This document shows positions 26,204-41,200 of a stretch of DNA of 64,000 nucleotides, one piece after another. The position numbers were made by a program, and so were the translations under genes. Position 1 is the first letter of the stretch. Every line of letters begins with the position of its first letter. Under the pieces are notes generated by a model, which did no database searches, had not been told where the DNA came from, and saw only the letters and a program-made list of their open reading frames with translations. Origin of the DNA: Chiloscyllium plagiosum (Eukaryota). The stretch covers positions 104,498,828 to 104,562,827 of the forward strand of contig NC_057718.1 of assembly GCF_004010195.1 (NCBI RefSeq). Direction: 5' to 3'.

Positions 26204-29200
26204 GTGATGTATCTCCCGTGGTGGGAGTGCGAACCTTCACATCTACTACAGCAACTCCTCACGTCTCAAAGAATGACCCTCCGACAGTGCGGCGCTCCCT
26301 CAGCACCGACCCTCCGACAGTGCGGCGCTCCCTCAGCACCGACCCTCAATGCATTTGCTTTTATAGATTCATAAGAGTTAAATAACATAGAAACAGACCT
26401 TTCGATCCAACTTGTCCATGCTAACCAGGAATCCCAAAGTAATCTGGTTTCATTTGCCTGCATTGCCCATATTCCTCTAAATCTTTACTATTCATGCATC
26501 CATCCAGATGCCTTTTAAATATTATAATTGTATCAGCCTCCACTACTTCCTTTGGCAGCTTATTTCATATGTGCATTGCCGTCTATATGAAAAGGTTGCC
26601 CCTTGGGTCCCTTTTAAAGCTTTCCCTTCTCACTTTCAACCTATGCCCTCCGGTTTTGGATTCCCTTACCCTACGGGAAGCACCTTTAATGTTTCACTTT
26701 GTATGTGTCCTCGTCATTTTATTAGCTTATATAAGGGTTTAAAAAGTTTTGTTTAATGTCACTCTTCCAAATTGTGTTCATAATCTTGTGGAAAAGAATT
26801 ACTTTTATTTTATTGTTCTGTTTGTGATTTTGGGATATATGGAAATACTTTTCAGCAATCATGTACTTTTGCAATTGCTACGGTAATGTACTGTACAGAC
26901 AGAATGCAAAGTTTAACGGCATGAGATGGATCAAGTCCAACTGTGGTTGACTCGCCTGGACATTAGGCTCTGAGTTTTGTGATGCGTTATGTTCTAGTAC
27001 AAAATAAACTTTTCAATTTTCCAGTCCCATGTGAAGGCATCAAGCTGAATCAAGTTAGCAGCAGAATTGAGAGAGGGAGAAGTTCGAAATGAAGTGTTTG
27101 TTTATAATCATGAGATTTGAGATCCATATGCAGTGTTCACAGCTCAACAGAAATGCAGGTGGTCTAAGTCACTGCTGGCAAATCTATCAATACATCCTTG
27201 GACTTGGCTGTATCTCTTGCTGCAGATAGCACTATATCCTGTGAAACATATGAACAGGGTGAGTTACATGACTGGATTGATGATTTCCAATATCAGGACT
27301 TGTCATCCTGAGACAGGATTTCAGAATCTGACCGAGACATCTGTAGATTTTAAGTTAACTTTTTATTCAAAATATGACATTTGGGGGAGGCAATGGCCTA
27401 ATGGTAATATCGCTGGACTGTTAATCCAGATAACGTTCTGAGATCCAGGTTAAAATCTCACCACAGTAAATGATGCAATTTGAATTCAACAAAGAGTAAA
27501 TCTCAAATGAGGGGTGTAATGATGACCATGAATCAATTGTCAGAAAAGCCCACCTGGTTCACAAATGTCCTTGTGGGAAGGAAATGTGCCATCCTAAACT
27601 GGTCTGCTCGATATGAGACTCCAGACCCACAGCCTATGCTGTTGACTCTTAACTGCTTTCAGGCCAAATTAGGGACAGGCAATAAATACTGTCTCGTCAA
27701 CAATACCCACAGTCCATTAATGAATGAATAAAAACAATCAGTCATGGCAATTACAAAGCTATGTTGTCATATCAAACTATTGGGTTAATCATATCCTTCA
27801 TGACAGAAATGCATCCAATTTATGGGCTTCCAATTTGAGTCTAAAGAGTGTGTGGAGATTTGGAGAAAGTAAACGCCAGGAGGTCACTGGTGGATGGTTT
27901 GGACGAATGATAGTGGCATCTCGTGATTGGAAAGTATCACTGAATCTACGGGAGTGGCCTTGTTCGGCTGTGCAGAGACCTGGGCAACATCAGGAAGAGA
28001 GAGTATCCAACAGCTGGGTATTGAGGAGATGCACAGTCTGAGGTGGATGTGTGAAGCAATCAAGATCAGGGGCTTGTAAGTCAGGGTCCGTGAAGATTGT
28101 AACAACGTCAAAGAAAGTAGAGAAGAGGAGGTTGAAATAGTGTGGTCCCCTGCTGGAGGGAGAGCGAAGGTGGGGAAATGCAGTATGTTGACTGTTGAAT
28201 TTGGGATTGCCATGATGAAGAGGAGGAAGGCCCAAGACCAGGTGGAAAGATCCTTTGTTCGAGAGACTGATATACAGCATAATTGGAAGTGGGGAGGTGT
28301 CTGAAGGGAAGACCATAAGATAAAGGAGCAGAATTAGGCCATCTCAGGAAGGATGTGCTGGCATTAGAGGGTGTCAAGAGTGATCTTGGGGCTAAAGTGC
28401 TTGTCATATGAGAGGTGGTTAAGGACTCTGGCTCTCTACTTGACGGAGTTTAGAAGTATGTGGGAGGATCTCATTGAAATTGACCAAGTATTGAGAGGCC
28501 TGGATAGAATTAAAATCCAGAAGATGTATCCACTCATCGGGGAGATTAAGACCTGACAGCAAATGCCCAGAATGAAGGGATGACCCTTTAGAACTGAGAT
28601 GAGAATTTTCTTCAGCTAGAGAGGGGTTAATCTGTGGAACTCATTGTCGAAGAAGGCTGTGGAAGCCAAGTCATTGAGTGTATTTGAGACAGAGAGAGGT
28701 TACTACGGTGTTAAAGTTCAGATTTGAGACGGTCCACGGAATCCCGAATGCACTCTACCTGTAAGTCCCTCTTGGTTCATCCTGGAGATCGTAGTCTTTG
28801 GGTAGTCTGGAGTAGAAAACATCTTGCAGACAATTTAGTATAATTTTAGTCATCCCCTTTATTTACCAATAGCATCACTGTTACAACATAACACTGATAC
28901 CTTTAAGACAGGTTAGCTAAGGTTCTAAAATCTTCAGAGAGTAGGGTAGCAGCTCTTCCTTTAAGAATCCTTGCAGGCTACTCTCTCCTGTCACACAGGT
29001 TTCCTTTCCAAAAGTTTACAAAAACACTGCATGTTTTTAATTAGACAGGTAACAGTGGAAAGGCAATAATTCATAAGGAAGATGAGTTAATTGACAGGTC
29101 TGTGTGCACTTAACTGATCACTCCTACAGGTCCTGAGCTATCCAGCAGCTGGAAAAAACAAATCCAGCCAAGTCAGGTGCTTATTGGCAAGATAAGTTCG

Positions 29201-32200
29201 TGTCATTAGAGAAGTGCCACTCTAAACTAAGTCGGAGACGTCATAAGGTAACCTTGCACAGCTCGCGTATCAGATACCATTGTTTTACAAAATGGCTTCT
29301 TAGCAAGGAGGACAAACTCTGACCATAAAATGGCTTCCTGACAGATTGTGTCGAATCTCTTCAATGTTAGGTTTAGAGTAATTTTTAAACTATGAGCAGA
29401 CTCCTGCTTTTTATCTTAAACACAGAATCATTCAAAAGTGACTGGAGTCAGGCAAAGTCCCGGATGATTGGAAGATCGCTGTTGTAACCCCATTGTTCAA
29501 GAAAGGATCAAGACAAAAGTTGGGATATTATAGGCCAATTAGCCTAACCTCGGTTGTTGGTAAAATTCTAGAATCCATCGTTAAGGATGAGGTTTCTAAA
29601 TTCTTGGAAGAGCAGGGTCGGATTAGAACAAGTCAACATGGATTTAGTAAGGGGAGGTCGTGCCTGACAAACCTGTTAGAATTCTTTGAAGAGGTGACAA
29701 GTAGGTTAGACCAGGGGAACCCAGTGGATGTGGTCTATCTAGACTTCCAAAAGGCCTTTGATAAGGTGCCGCACGGGGGGGCTGTTGAGTAAGTTGAGGG
29801 CCCATGGTGTTCGAGGTGAGCGACTGACATGGATTGAGGATTGGCTGTCTGACAGAAGACAGAGAATTGGGATAAGAGGTTCTTTTTCGGAATGGCAGCT
29901 AGTGACAAGTGATGTCCCACAGGGTTCAGTGTTGGGACCGCAGCTGTTCATGTTATATATTAATGATCTGGATGAAGGGACTGGGGTCATTCTAGCGAAG
30001 TTTGCCGATGATATGAAGATAGGTGGACAGGCAGGTAGTACTGAGGAAGTGGGGAGGCTGCAGAAGGATCGAGACAGTGTGGGAGAGTGGTCCAGGAAAT
30101 GACTGATGAAGTTCAATGTGAGCAAATGCAAGGTCTTGCACTTTGGAAAAAAGAATACAAGCATGGACTACTTTCTAAACGGTGAGAAAATTCATAAAGC
30201 CAAAGTACAAAGGGATCTGGGAGTGCTAGTCGAGGATTCTCTAAAGGTAAACATGCAGGTTGAATCCGTGATTAAGAAAGCGAATGCAATGTTGTCATTT
30301 ATCTCAAGAGAGTTGGAATATAAAAGCAGCCATGTGCTACTGAGACTTTATTAAGCTCTGGTTAGGCACCATTTGGAGTACTGTGTCCCATTTGGGCCCC
30401 ACACCTCAGGAGAGACATACTAGCACTGGAACGTGTCCAGCGGAGATTCACACGGATGATCCCTGGAATGGTAGGTCTAACATACAAGGAAGGCTGAGGA
30501 TCCTGGGATTGTACTCATTGGAGTTTAGAAGATCAAGGGGAGATCTAATAGAAACTTGGAAAGGGTGGACGCTAAGAAATTGTTTCTGTTCGGCGGGGAT
30601 ACTCGGACCCGGGGGCACAGCCTTAAAATTAGAGGGGGTCAATTCAGAACAGGAATGCAGGACATTTCTTCAGCCAGAGAGTGGTGGACCTGTGGAATTC
30701 ATTGCCACGGAGTGCAGTGGAGGCCAGGACGCTAAATGTCTTCAAGGCAGAGATTGATAAATTCTTGATGTCGTAAGGAATTAAGGGCTACGGGGAGAAT
30801 GCAGGTAAGTGGAGTTGAAATGCCCATCAGCCATGATTAAATGGCGGAGTGGACTCGATGGGCCGAATGACCTTACTTCCACTCTGTCTTATGGTCTTCT
30901 TCTGTACCTGAGGCTGAAATGTTACAATAAGATTGTATTATAAATGATTCATTTTAGTCTTGAATTAAACATGCTTTCATTTCAGAGTTGTGATTCAAAT
31001 TCAAATAAGACAGGATCTGACTGTTTAGAATTGATAGTGGGGTAGTCATGGTCTCTAAGAACAGTAAGTAAGTTAAAGCTTCATCAATATTACCTTTTAC
31101 AGAGTTTGTATTTCATATAGCCAGTAATGGCTACTCAATCATCAGAATGTCTCTGTCTGTCTCCACCTCTCTCTGTTTCCCTCTCTCAACCCCCTCCCCC
31201 TCCAAAAACAGCCATGAATGTGATATTCTGCATATCCTAGGTTCCCCCTTTTTGTGGCCTGATGCCTCCTTGCCTGTCTTGTTTATTTCCTACTTTGTAG
31301 CAAATCTGTTCTATAATTCAGTGTTACATTTAGTCTAAATGTTTAAGGACAAGTTTTAAGGCTATTGACTTTCTCAACGGGGATCAAGCTTTCGGGGGAG
31401 AAAAATATATCAGCTATGCTCAAGGGTGGCCAACCACACATTGCAGAAACTCTGAAGGAAAATGAGCAGAAAGAAAAGTAAATCTGTTCTGCTTGCCAAA
31501 CTTGGCCTAAATGTGGCTCCATATCCACCATATTGTGGTCTGTTTTGAACTGGTTTCCAACATGTCCGAGAAAGCCACTGCATTGTGTTGAAAAAGACAG
31601 TTCATCACAAACACTTTAAGGACACTTGGAGATGAGCAGTAATGCTGACCCAACCCACATTGCATGACTGAATAAAAAACACTTGTTCCTGTAGATGGCA
31701 GTGGTCAGCTAGTTTTGTGAGCAATTCTAAGAATGTTTCCTGAGCTCTGACCCCCAAAATTCAGCAGGAAAACAGGTTCATTCATCTGCTGGATCTCACA
31801 TTTCAAATCTCTGCCTTGCCCAGTATTCCAGAGGTTGCAGTGATGTAAAGCTATCTTCCAAATAACACTACATAAGAACATTATAATGAATTTGTTTTTT
31901 TTTCTTGTTCGCTTATAGGGAGGATTCCACAGAATTAGTTTGCTGAAAAGTGTTTGTCATAATTTAGTGTGGGTCGGGAGCCACATCCAGGTCAGACTGG
32001 GTAACGACAGCAGATTTCCCTCCCAAAAAATGATGAATCAACATTTGTCACAAAATGGGTGAATGATGAGTACTGATAGAAGTTAGTATCTAAACCCATA
32101 TCAATGTATGAAGTTTGAGCAGGAATGGGCTAGTTGGCTCCTCCAGCCTGTTCTGCCACTCAAAAATTATGGCTGATCCAATTCATCTACAACACCCCTA

Positions 32201-35200
32201 CTCCTGTAAGCTTTCACTCTTTGCTTTTCAAGATTCCATCCACCTCACTTTAAAAGTACTCAAAGACTGTGCTTCAACTGCTTTTTGCGGGAGAGTTCCA
32301 AAGGCACTCAACTCCCCGGGAGGAAAGAAATTCTCCTTATCTCTCTATTATGTGCATGACCCCCTTATGTCAGTGAGCCCTAGTTCTAGCTGCTTCCGCA
32401 AGAGGAAGTATCTTCCCCACTTCCACCCCCTCAAGGCTCCTAAAGATCTTGTACATTTCAGTTCAATCACCTCTGACTTCTCTAAACTCCAATGGATATG
32501 GGCCTAGCCTCTCCAACCGATTGTCATAAGACAACTGCCCATTCTATGTGTTCGTCTGGTAAACCTTATCTGAAACTCTTCTCTTGTGTTTACCTTTTGG
32601 TTTAATGTGACCAGTACTGTGCACAGTACCCAAAATGTGAGAAATGACTGATTCGAAAGAGTAAAGTGTGAGGTAAACATCAGAAACAGAAATGGTAAGA
32701 GGTCCCTTGTGGGAATAGTTTAGAGGCACTCGAACAGTAGTTATGCAGTAGGGTGGAATATATGGGTACAGATAAATAGAGAGGTAAGAAACGTCCTGCA
32801 GGAATCGTGGATAACTTTGATCTATAAGTCGATTCACTGAATGAGATTGGCCAAGCAAAACTGGAAAATGTTTGTGTATTCAAGATAGTTTCTGAAAGCA
32901 GTATATTTGAAACCCACCCACGGAGCAGGCTGTCCTTCACCTTATTACAAGCAGTGAGACAGGATCGTGCTATAAAAGCTGCCAGGTGACAGCAATCATG
33001 ACGTTCTAGAATTTCACATTCCATTTGAAAGGAAGAAGCCTGGATCTCTGACTGGTCTTACAAGCCTGAATAAATATCTCTATAGGATATGAAAGCAGAG
33101 CTAACTTAATTGAACTGGGAAACTAGGTTAAAAAGCTAGAACAGTGGAGTTGCAATGGCAGATTGTAAGGAGCTATTTAATAACTGTCAAAAATGATTAA
33201 TTCTTGTGAGAAATAAAGACTGTTTGTTTGAGAAGGTTATTCATCTAAAGCTGAATAATGAAGCTAAGAATAGTCATACAGTCACAGATGTATAGCAAGG
33301 AAACAGGCCCTTCGGTCCAACTTATCCATGCTAACTAGATATCTGAAATTAATCTAGGCCAATTTGCCAACACTTGGCCCATGTCCCTCTAAACCTTTCT
33401 TATTCATGTACCCATCCAGATGTCTTTTAAATGTTGTACTTGTACCAGCCTCTACCACTTCCTTTGGCAGCTCATTCCATGCATACAACACCCTCTCTGT
33501 GAAAAACTTGCCCCTTGGGAACCCTTTAAATCTTTCCCCTCTCACTTTAAACTTCCCACTTTCCCTACCCCAGGGAAAAGATTTTATCTGTTTACCTTAT
33601 CCATGCCCTTCATGATTGTATATGATTTGGAGATGCCGGTGTTGGATTAGGGTGTACAAAGTTAAAAATCACACAACAGGTTACAGTCCAACAGGTTTAT
33701 TTGGAAGCACCAGCTTTTGGAGTGCTGCTCAGTCATTTTATCAACCTCAATAAAGTCACCCCCTCGGCCTCTGACTTTTCAGGTAAATAGCCCCAGCCTA
33801 TTCAGCCTCTCCCTTTAGCTGAAACCATGGCAACATCCCTGTAAATCTTTTCTGAACTATTTCAGGTTTCACAACATCCTTCCTATAGCAAGGAGACTAG
33901 AATTGAATGCAGTATTCCAAAAGTGTCCTGTACAGCCACAATATGACCCCTCCACTCGTATACTTAATGCACTGACCAATAATGGCAAGCATACCAAAGT
34001 TATCTATCATATAACACCAGGTGATAGTCGAACAGGTTTATTTGGAAGCACTAGCTTTTGGAGCACTGCTCCTTCATCAGGTGGTTGTGGAGTATAAGAT
34101 CCTAAGATGCAGAATTTATAGCAAAAGTTTACAGTGTGATGTAATTGTAATTATGTATTGAAAAACACCTGGATTGTTTAAGTCTCATCTTTTAGAATGA
34201 CCATGGTGGTTTCAGTTCTTTCATAGTAAATTGCAGAACTTTTAAAAATTACATTCTCAAGTTAACTTTAGCAATGGTTGCCATGCTGGCCCAGATAATA
34301 CATTGAAGGTGTGAGGTGCCATGTGTGAGACTGTCTGTGCCCTAACATTCAGACTGATTCTAATCTTAAAAAAACGATTTACAGAATCTTACATGGATTC
34401 ATACAGTTTTTGAGCAAAATGAAAAGTAATTCTGCAAGTACAAATTCACCCCTCAAACTTGTGGGTGTGTATGTTGGGGGTGGTTATGAGTGTCTGTGAG
34501 TGTGTGTGTGTGCCCGCGCGCAAGTGTAAAGGGGTATAAGTCTGTGAGCGGGTGCGTGTGTGAGTGTATGTGTGAACGCATAAGAGAGGGTCTGAATGAG
34601 TATGGGTCTGTTGGAGTTTGTGTGTGTAGTGCAGTGTCACCTGTCGTGTGACTTGAAGCCATCCCCATGGGTACCAAACTTGGCTATTAGCCTCTGCTCA
34701 GCCACTTTACATTGGTGCCTGTCCGGAAGTCCACTTTGGAGGATGGTCACTCGTAGGTAGAGTGTCCTGGACCGCTGAAGTACTCTTCAACTGGGAGGGA
34801 ACACTTCTGTCTGTTGATTGTTGTGCAGTGTCCATTCATCTGTTGCCATAGCCTCTGCTTGGTCTCACCAATGTACCATGCCTCAGGGCATCCTTGCCTA
34901 CAGCGTATGAGATAGACAACGTTGGCTGAGTCGCATGAGTACCTGCCACGTACATGGTGGTTGGTGTGCTCACTTGTATTGGTGGTATCTGTGTCGACAC
35001 ACTGACACGTCTTGAGGGGTCTACCGTGACAGGGTTGTATGGTGTTGTCCTGAAAGCCTGGCAGTTTGCTGCGAACAATGATCTGTTTGAGATTTGGTGG
35101 TTTGTTTAATGGTGAGAAGTGGAGGTGTGGGCAAGGTCTTGGCGAGGTGCTCATCCTGCATTGATAATGTGTTGCAGTCTGCGAAGAACATGGCAGAGTT

Positions 35201-38200
35201 TTTCGGCTTCTGGGAAGTACTGAACAATGAAGGGTACCCTGTCGGTTGCAGCTAGTGTCTGTCTCTTGAGGAGGTCATTACGGTTTCTTGCTGTTGCACA
35301 TTGGAACCAGCGGCTGATGAGTTGAGCAGCATACCCTGTTTTTATGAGGGTGTCCTTGAGTACTTCCAGGTGCCCATCATGTTCCTCTTCATTGAAACAG
35401 ATCCTGTGCGTGTGTAGGGCTGGTCCATAGGAGATGGTTGTTTTAATATATTTCAGGTGGAAACTGGAGAAATGCAGCATCGTGAGGTTATCCATGGGTT
35501 TGTGGTAGAGTGAGGTGCTCAGCATACCAAATGCCGCCTTCACTATCCTATCTACCTGTGACTCTACTTTCAAAGAATTAGAAACCAAGATCTTTGTTCA
35601 GCGACACTCCCCAGGACTTTACCATTAAACGTTTCAGTCCTGCCCTGATTTGTGTTTCCAAAATGCAGCACCTCACATTTATCTAAAGTAAACTCCATTT
35701 GCCACTCCTTGGCCCATTGGCCCATCTATTCAAGGTCCCATTGTACTCTGAGGTGGCCTTCGCTGTCCACCAGCCTCCAATTTTGGTGTCATCTGCAAAT
35801 GTCGTAACCATACCTCCGAAATTCATATCCAAATCATATTATATAAATGAAAAGCAGTGGACCCAGCACCGATCCTTGTGGCACACTGCTGACCACAGGC
35901 CTCCAGTCTGAAAAGTAACCCTCCGTCACCACTCTCTGTCTTCTACCTTGGACCTAGTTCTGTATCCAAATGGCTAGTTCTCCCTGTATTCCATGAGATC
36001 TAACCTTGCTAACCTGTCTATGATGAGAAACCTTGTCAAACACCGTACTGACATCCATATAGATCATGTTAACCAGTCTGCCCTCATCAATCCTCTTTGT
36101 TAGAGAGGTGGTTGAGAGGTGACTTCATTGAGACATACAAGATGATCAGAGGGTTCAATCGGGTGGACAGTGAGAGCCTTTTTCCTCATGGTGATGGCTA
36201 GTATGAGGGGACATAGCTTTAAATTGGGGTGTGATAGATATAGGACAGATATCGGAGGTAGTTTCTTTACTCAGAGCAGTCAAGGCATGGAACGCACTGT
36301 CTGCAACAGTTACAGACTCACCAACTTTACAGGCATTTAAATAGTCATTGGATAGGGATATGGACAAGAATGGAATAGTGTAGGTTAGATGGGCTTCAGA
36401 TTGGTTCCAAGGACGGCGCAACATCGAGGGCTGAAGGGCCTGTACTGCACTGTTATGTTCTATGCTATTTCAAAAAAACTCGAGTTTGTGAGACATGCTT
36501 TCCCATGCACAAAGCCATGCTGACTATTCCTAATCATGATTTAGAGACACCGGTGTTGGACTGAGATGTGCTAAGTTAAAAATCACACAACACGAGGTTA
36601 TAGTCCAATAGGTTTATTTGGAAGCACTAGCTTTCAGAGCGCTGCTCCTTATCCACAACCACCTGATGAAGGAGCAGTGCGCTGAAAGCTAGTGCTTCCA
36701 AATAAACCTGTTCGACTATAACCTGGTGTTGTGCAATTTTTAACTTTATATCCCTAATCAGTCCTTGCTTTTCCAAATACATGTAAATCCTGTCCCTCAG
36801 GATTCCCTCCAACAATTTGCCCACCACCGATGTCAGGCTCACTGGTCTATAGTTCGTTGGTTTTTCCTGACCACCTTTCTTAAGTACTGGCACGACACTA
36901 GCCAACCTCCAGTCTTCTGGCACCTCACCTGTGGCTATCGATGATACAAGTACCTCAGCAAGGGGCCCAGCATCTCTTCCCTATCGTCTCTGAGTTCTAG
37001 GATACACCTGAGCAGGTCCCGTGAAGTTATTCATCTCTATGCATTTTAAACCGTCCATCACCACTTCCACTGTAATATGAATATTTTTCAAGATATCGCT
37101 ATTTATTTCCCCATATTCTATATCTTCCATATCCTTCTCCACAATAAATACAAGAAGCTTTCTTGGCCTCTTAATGGGGATGCACTGGTTAAAAAGGCCC
37201 AATAACGTCGTCTCTTCCTCAGGCAGCTGAGAGAATTTGGCGTAGTGGTGAATACCCTTGCCAACTTTTATAGGTGTACCATTGAGAGCATTCTGTCTGG
37301 ATGTATTACTACTTGGTATGGCATCTGTACCATTCAAGATCAGAGATGGTTACAGAGAGTGGTGAACTCAGCCCAGACAATCACAAAGGCCAACCTCCCA
37401 TCTATAGAATCCATCTACCAGGCCCGATGTCAAGGAAAGGCCGCCAGCATTCTCAAAGATCCATCCCACCCTGGCAATGTTCTTCTACAACCTCTACCAT
37501 CAGGGAGAAGATACAGAAGCCTGAACACATGCACCATGTGGTTTTGCAACAGTTTCTGCCCTACTGTTGTTAGGATACTGAATGGACTCGCAAATCTTAG
37601 CATTTGCCTCTACCTCTGTTTTTGTTTTGCTGCTGTTTACCTATTATTTACTTATCCATACTACTTAACTCTATGATCTGCCTGTATTGCTTGCAAGACA
37701 AAGCTTTTCACTGTGCCTTGGTACACGTGACAATAAATTCAATTCAATTCAATTCAACACTGTTGCAAAATAAGCATTTAGTATCTTCTCCATCTCCTGC
37801 AGTTCCACACATAGGCTGCCTTGCTGATGTTTGAGGGGTCTATCCTCTCCCTCGTTACCCTTTTGTCCTCAATGTATTTGCAGAATCCCTTTAGATGCTC
37901 CTTAACCTTATCTGCCAAATCTATCTCCTGCCTCCTTTTTGCCCTCCTGATTTCTCTCTTTAGCATTCGGGGCGGCACGGTGGCACAGTGGTTAGCACTG
38001 CTGCCTCACAGCACCAGAGACCCGGGTTCAATTCCCGCCTCAGGCGACTGACTGTGTGGAGTTTGCGCGTTCTCCCCGTGTCTGCGTGGGTTTCCTCCGG
38101 GTACTCCGGTTTCCTCCCACAGTCCAAAGATGTGCAGGTCAGGTGAATTGGCTATGCTAAATTGCCCGTAGTGTTAGGTGAAGAGGTAAATGTAGGGGAA

Positions 38201-41200
38201 TGGGTCTGGGTGGGTTGCGCTTCGGCGGGTCGGTGTGGACTTGTTGGGCCGAAGGGCCTGTTTCCACACTGTAATCTAATCTGTAATCTAATCTAAATCA
38301 TACCCCTACTGCCTTTATACTCTTCTTGGGATTCACTTGATCTCTGCTATCTATACATGACATGTTCGTTCTTGATTTTCGAGACAAAAATCTAGTTATC
38401 CAGCATTCTCTACACCTACCAGCCTTGCCCTTCACACTAACAGGAACATACTATCTCTGAACTCTCGTTAGCTAATTTTTGAAGGCTTCCCACTTTTCAG
38501 CTGATGTCTGCCCATCATCAACTTTTGAATACCATCAAAATTGGCCTTCCTCCAATTTGGAGCATAACTTTTTATCCGGTCTATCCTTTTCACTCACTAT
38601 TTTAAAACTAATAGAATTATGGCCACTAGTCCAAAGTTCTCCACTGACAGCTCAGTCATCTGCCCTGCCTTATTTCCCAAGAGTAGGTCAAGGTTTGTAC
38701 CTACTCTAGTAGGTATAGCCAGGCAGTGAATCAGGAAATTTTTTGTACACCCTTGACAAATTCCTCTCCATCCAAGCCCCGAACACTATGGCAGTCCCAA
38801 TCTATATTTGGAAATTAAAATCCGCCAACCACCGTATTATTCTTGCAGATAACTGAGATCTCCTTACAAATTTGTTTGTCAATTTCCTCCTGACTACTGG
38901 GGAGGTTGAAAGTACAATCCCAATAAGGTGATCATTCACTTGTTATTTCTCAGTTCCATCCAAATACCTTCCCTGGATGTATTCCCAGGAATATCTTCCT
39001 TAAGTACAGCCACAATGTTATCCTTATCAAAAACACCACTCCCCCTCCTCTTGTGCCCTCCCCTCCCAGCTTTCGATCCTTTGTATAGCATTTATACCCT
39101 ACAGCATTAAGCTGCCAGTCCTGTCCATCACTAAGCCACGTCTCTCTAATTGCTATGATATTCCAGTTCCATGTTCCCAACTGTGCCCTGAGTTCATCTG
39201 CCTTAGCCGTCAGGCCTCTAGCATTGAAGTAAATGCAGTTTAATTTATCTGTCTGATTTCACTCTCTGCTTTATTTCTACCCGCATTGATTATTTGACTT
39301 GATCTTTTTCCCGGCTGTACCAATCTCAGACTGATATTTCCTCACTGTCTCCCTAATTCCCAACCAGTGCCTCCACCCTCCCCAAACTAGTTCAAATCTT
39401 CCCATGCTGTGAGCTCTCCCACACGGGTTTCTCTAAGGTCATCTGTGAATTTCTCTGTTCATCATTTTTCTTAGATGAAATCAAATGTCCATACTCACTT
39501 AAAATCAAACAGCAGAACAGTTAGCTGTGCAGATTCACTGCTAGGTCAGACCGCAGTGCAGGTTTGTTTCTGTTTGATTCACTTCCCATGTGGTCACTGC
39601 CTTTGCCTGTCTTCCTTTTTAAAGTGCTGTTGTTTTGATATTTTTTTCTTGAAAGTTCCAAAACAGTGCAACAGCTTAGAAAACAGAAATTAATGCTACT
39701 AGAATTCAAGGAAATCACCCCAATGCTGACAACACATCCAAAAAAGGAGTAACTGTTTAAAGCCACATTTTTTTCCTATCCTCCATCTTGGCTAGTGTTG
39801 AATTGAAAGGAAGACTTTACTGTGTTCAGTTGTAGGGCTGAAGATTGGCCAAGTTTTAAGAACCAGGAAAGAATGGTTAAAATATGAAGAGCGGTTTAGT
39901 AGAATATGTGAGTGAGCTGGCTTGTCATGTGAAAGGTGATTTCAATTCTGGTCTCTCTGCTATTGCACAGATGATAACTTGAAAGGGTTCAGAAAAGATT
40001 TACAAGGATGTTGCCAGGGTTGGAGGATTTGAGCTATGGGGGGAGGCTGAATAGGCTGGGGCTGTTTTCCCTGGAGGGTTGGAGGCTGAGGGGTGACTTT
40101 ATAGAGGTTTATAAAATCATGAGGGGCATGGATAGGATAAATAGACATGGTCGTTTCCCCTGGAGTAGGAGAGTCCAAAACTAGAGGATAGAGGTTTAAG
40201 GTGAGAGAGGAAAGATTTAAAAGGAAGCTGAGGGGCAATGTTTTCACGCAGAGGTGGTGAAGGTAGGTATAATTACAAGATTTAAAAGGCTTTTGGAGGG
40301 ATCCATGAAAGCAAGGCTTTAAAGGGATATGGTCTAAATGTTGGCAAGTGGGATTGGATCACTCTGGGATATCAGGTTGGCGTGATATGAGTTGGAGTGA
40401 AGGCTCTGTTTCTGTCCTATATAATACTATGACTTTAAGTATTTAAATAGGACAAGTGGAACAAATGTTAGTGTCAGCTCTTGAACAAATAAGTTTGATA
40501 AATAGATAATGGTTCACAAGGAAATGGTGGTGTATGGAACAGTTACTTTGCACCTGTAAATAAGGACATGAATGACAGGGAGGAAATTAAAACAATTGCT
40601 GTCACCAGGGAAAAGATACTATTTGAAATAAAAATGGCACCCCCAAGACAGGATGACCCATATCCTCTGGACTATCTCTGATCACACAGCGGTATACTGG
40701 AGGTTAAAGCCAAGAGTGAGGGGCTAGGTTTGCGGCACTGGTGTCTAAACCCTTTTCTCCTTAAGGATTCCAAATGTGTGGAATACTTTTTCAAGGTGTT
40801 TCAGGAATTCTTGACTATCAACTCAGGCATGGCTAGTAGTCAGTCTATGCTATAGGAGACTGCGAAGGCCTTTGTGGTCATCACCAACGGGGTGAAGTCT
40901 GGGAATTTTACAATTGGTCAGGGTAGTCTACAAGGCTGTCCCCTCTCCGTTGTTGTTTACGTTGGTGATAGAACCGCTGGCAGACGCCATTCATCAGAAC
41001 GTCCACATAACCGCTCCGGAATTGGGATTAGCTACTTCATATTCAGCTGGCTGGAACGGACAGAAGGAGGAACAGCAGCGTCTACTTGAGTCGCAGTTGA
41101 AAGCCCCCAAGACAGCACATTTTTAATGGTCTTCGGGTGACTAAGCTACAGCGGATCATGGCCCTCAGGGCTACCTTGAATTCAATACTGACACAAACTG

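Larger units (their letters stand above)
33275..39420 (-). mobile_element. Near-full-length decayed CR1 ORF2 hosting six younger insertions
   Basis: 3' UTR at ~33275, RT at 35521-36100 and 36465-36920, endonuclease at 38300-39240 (IIAIRETWL); colinear with 6335-8720 once the insertions are removed. Confidence 0.88.

Noticed and set aside
25746..26347. Short direct repeats as a CRISPR-like array
   Set aside because: They are head-to-tail tandem repeats with no spacers, in a vertebrate genome.
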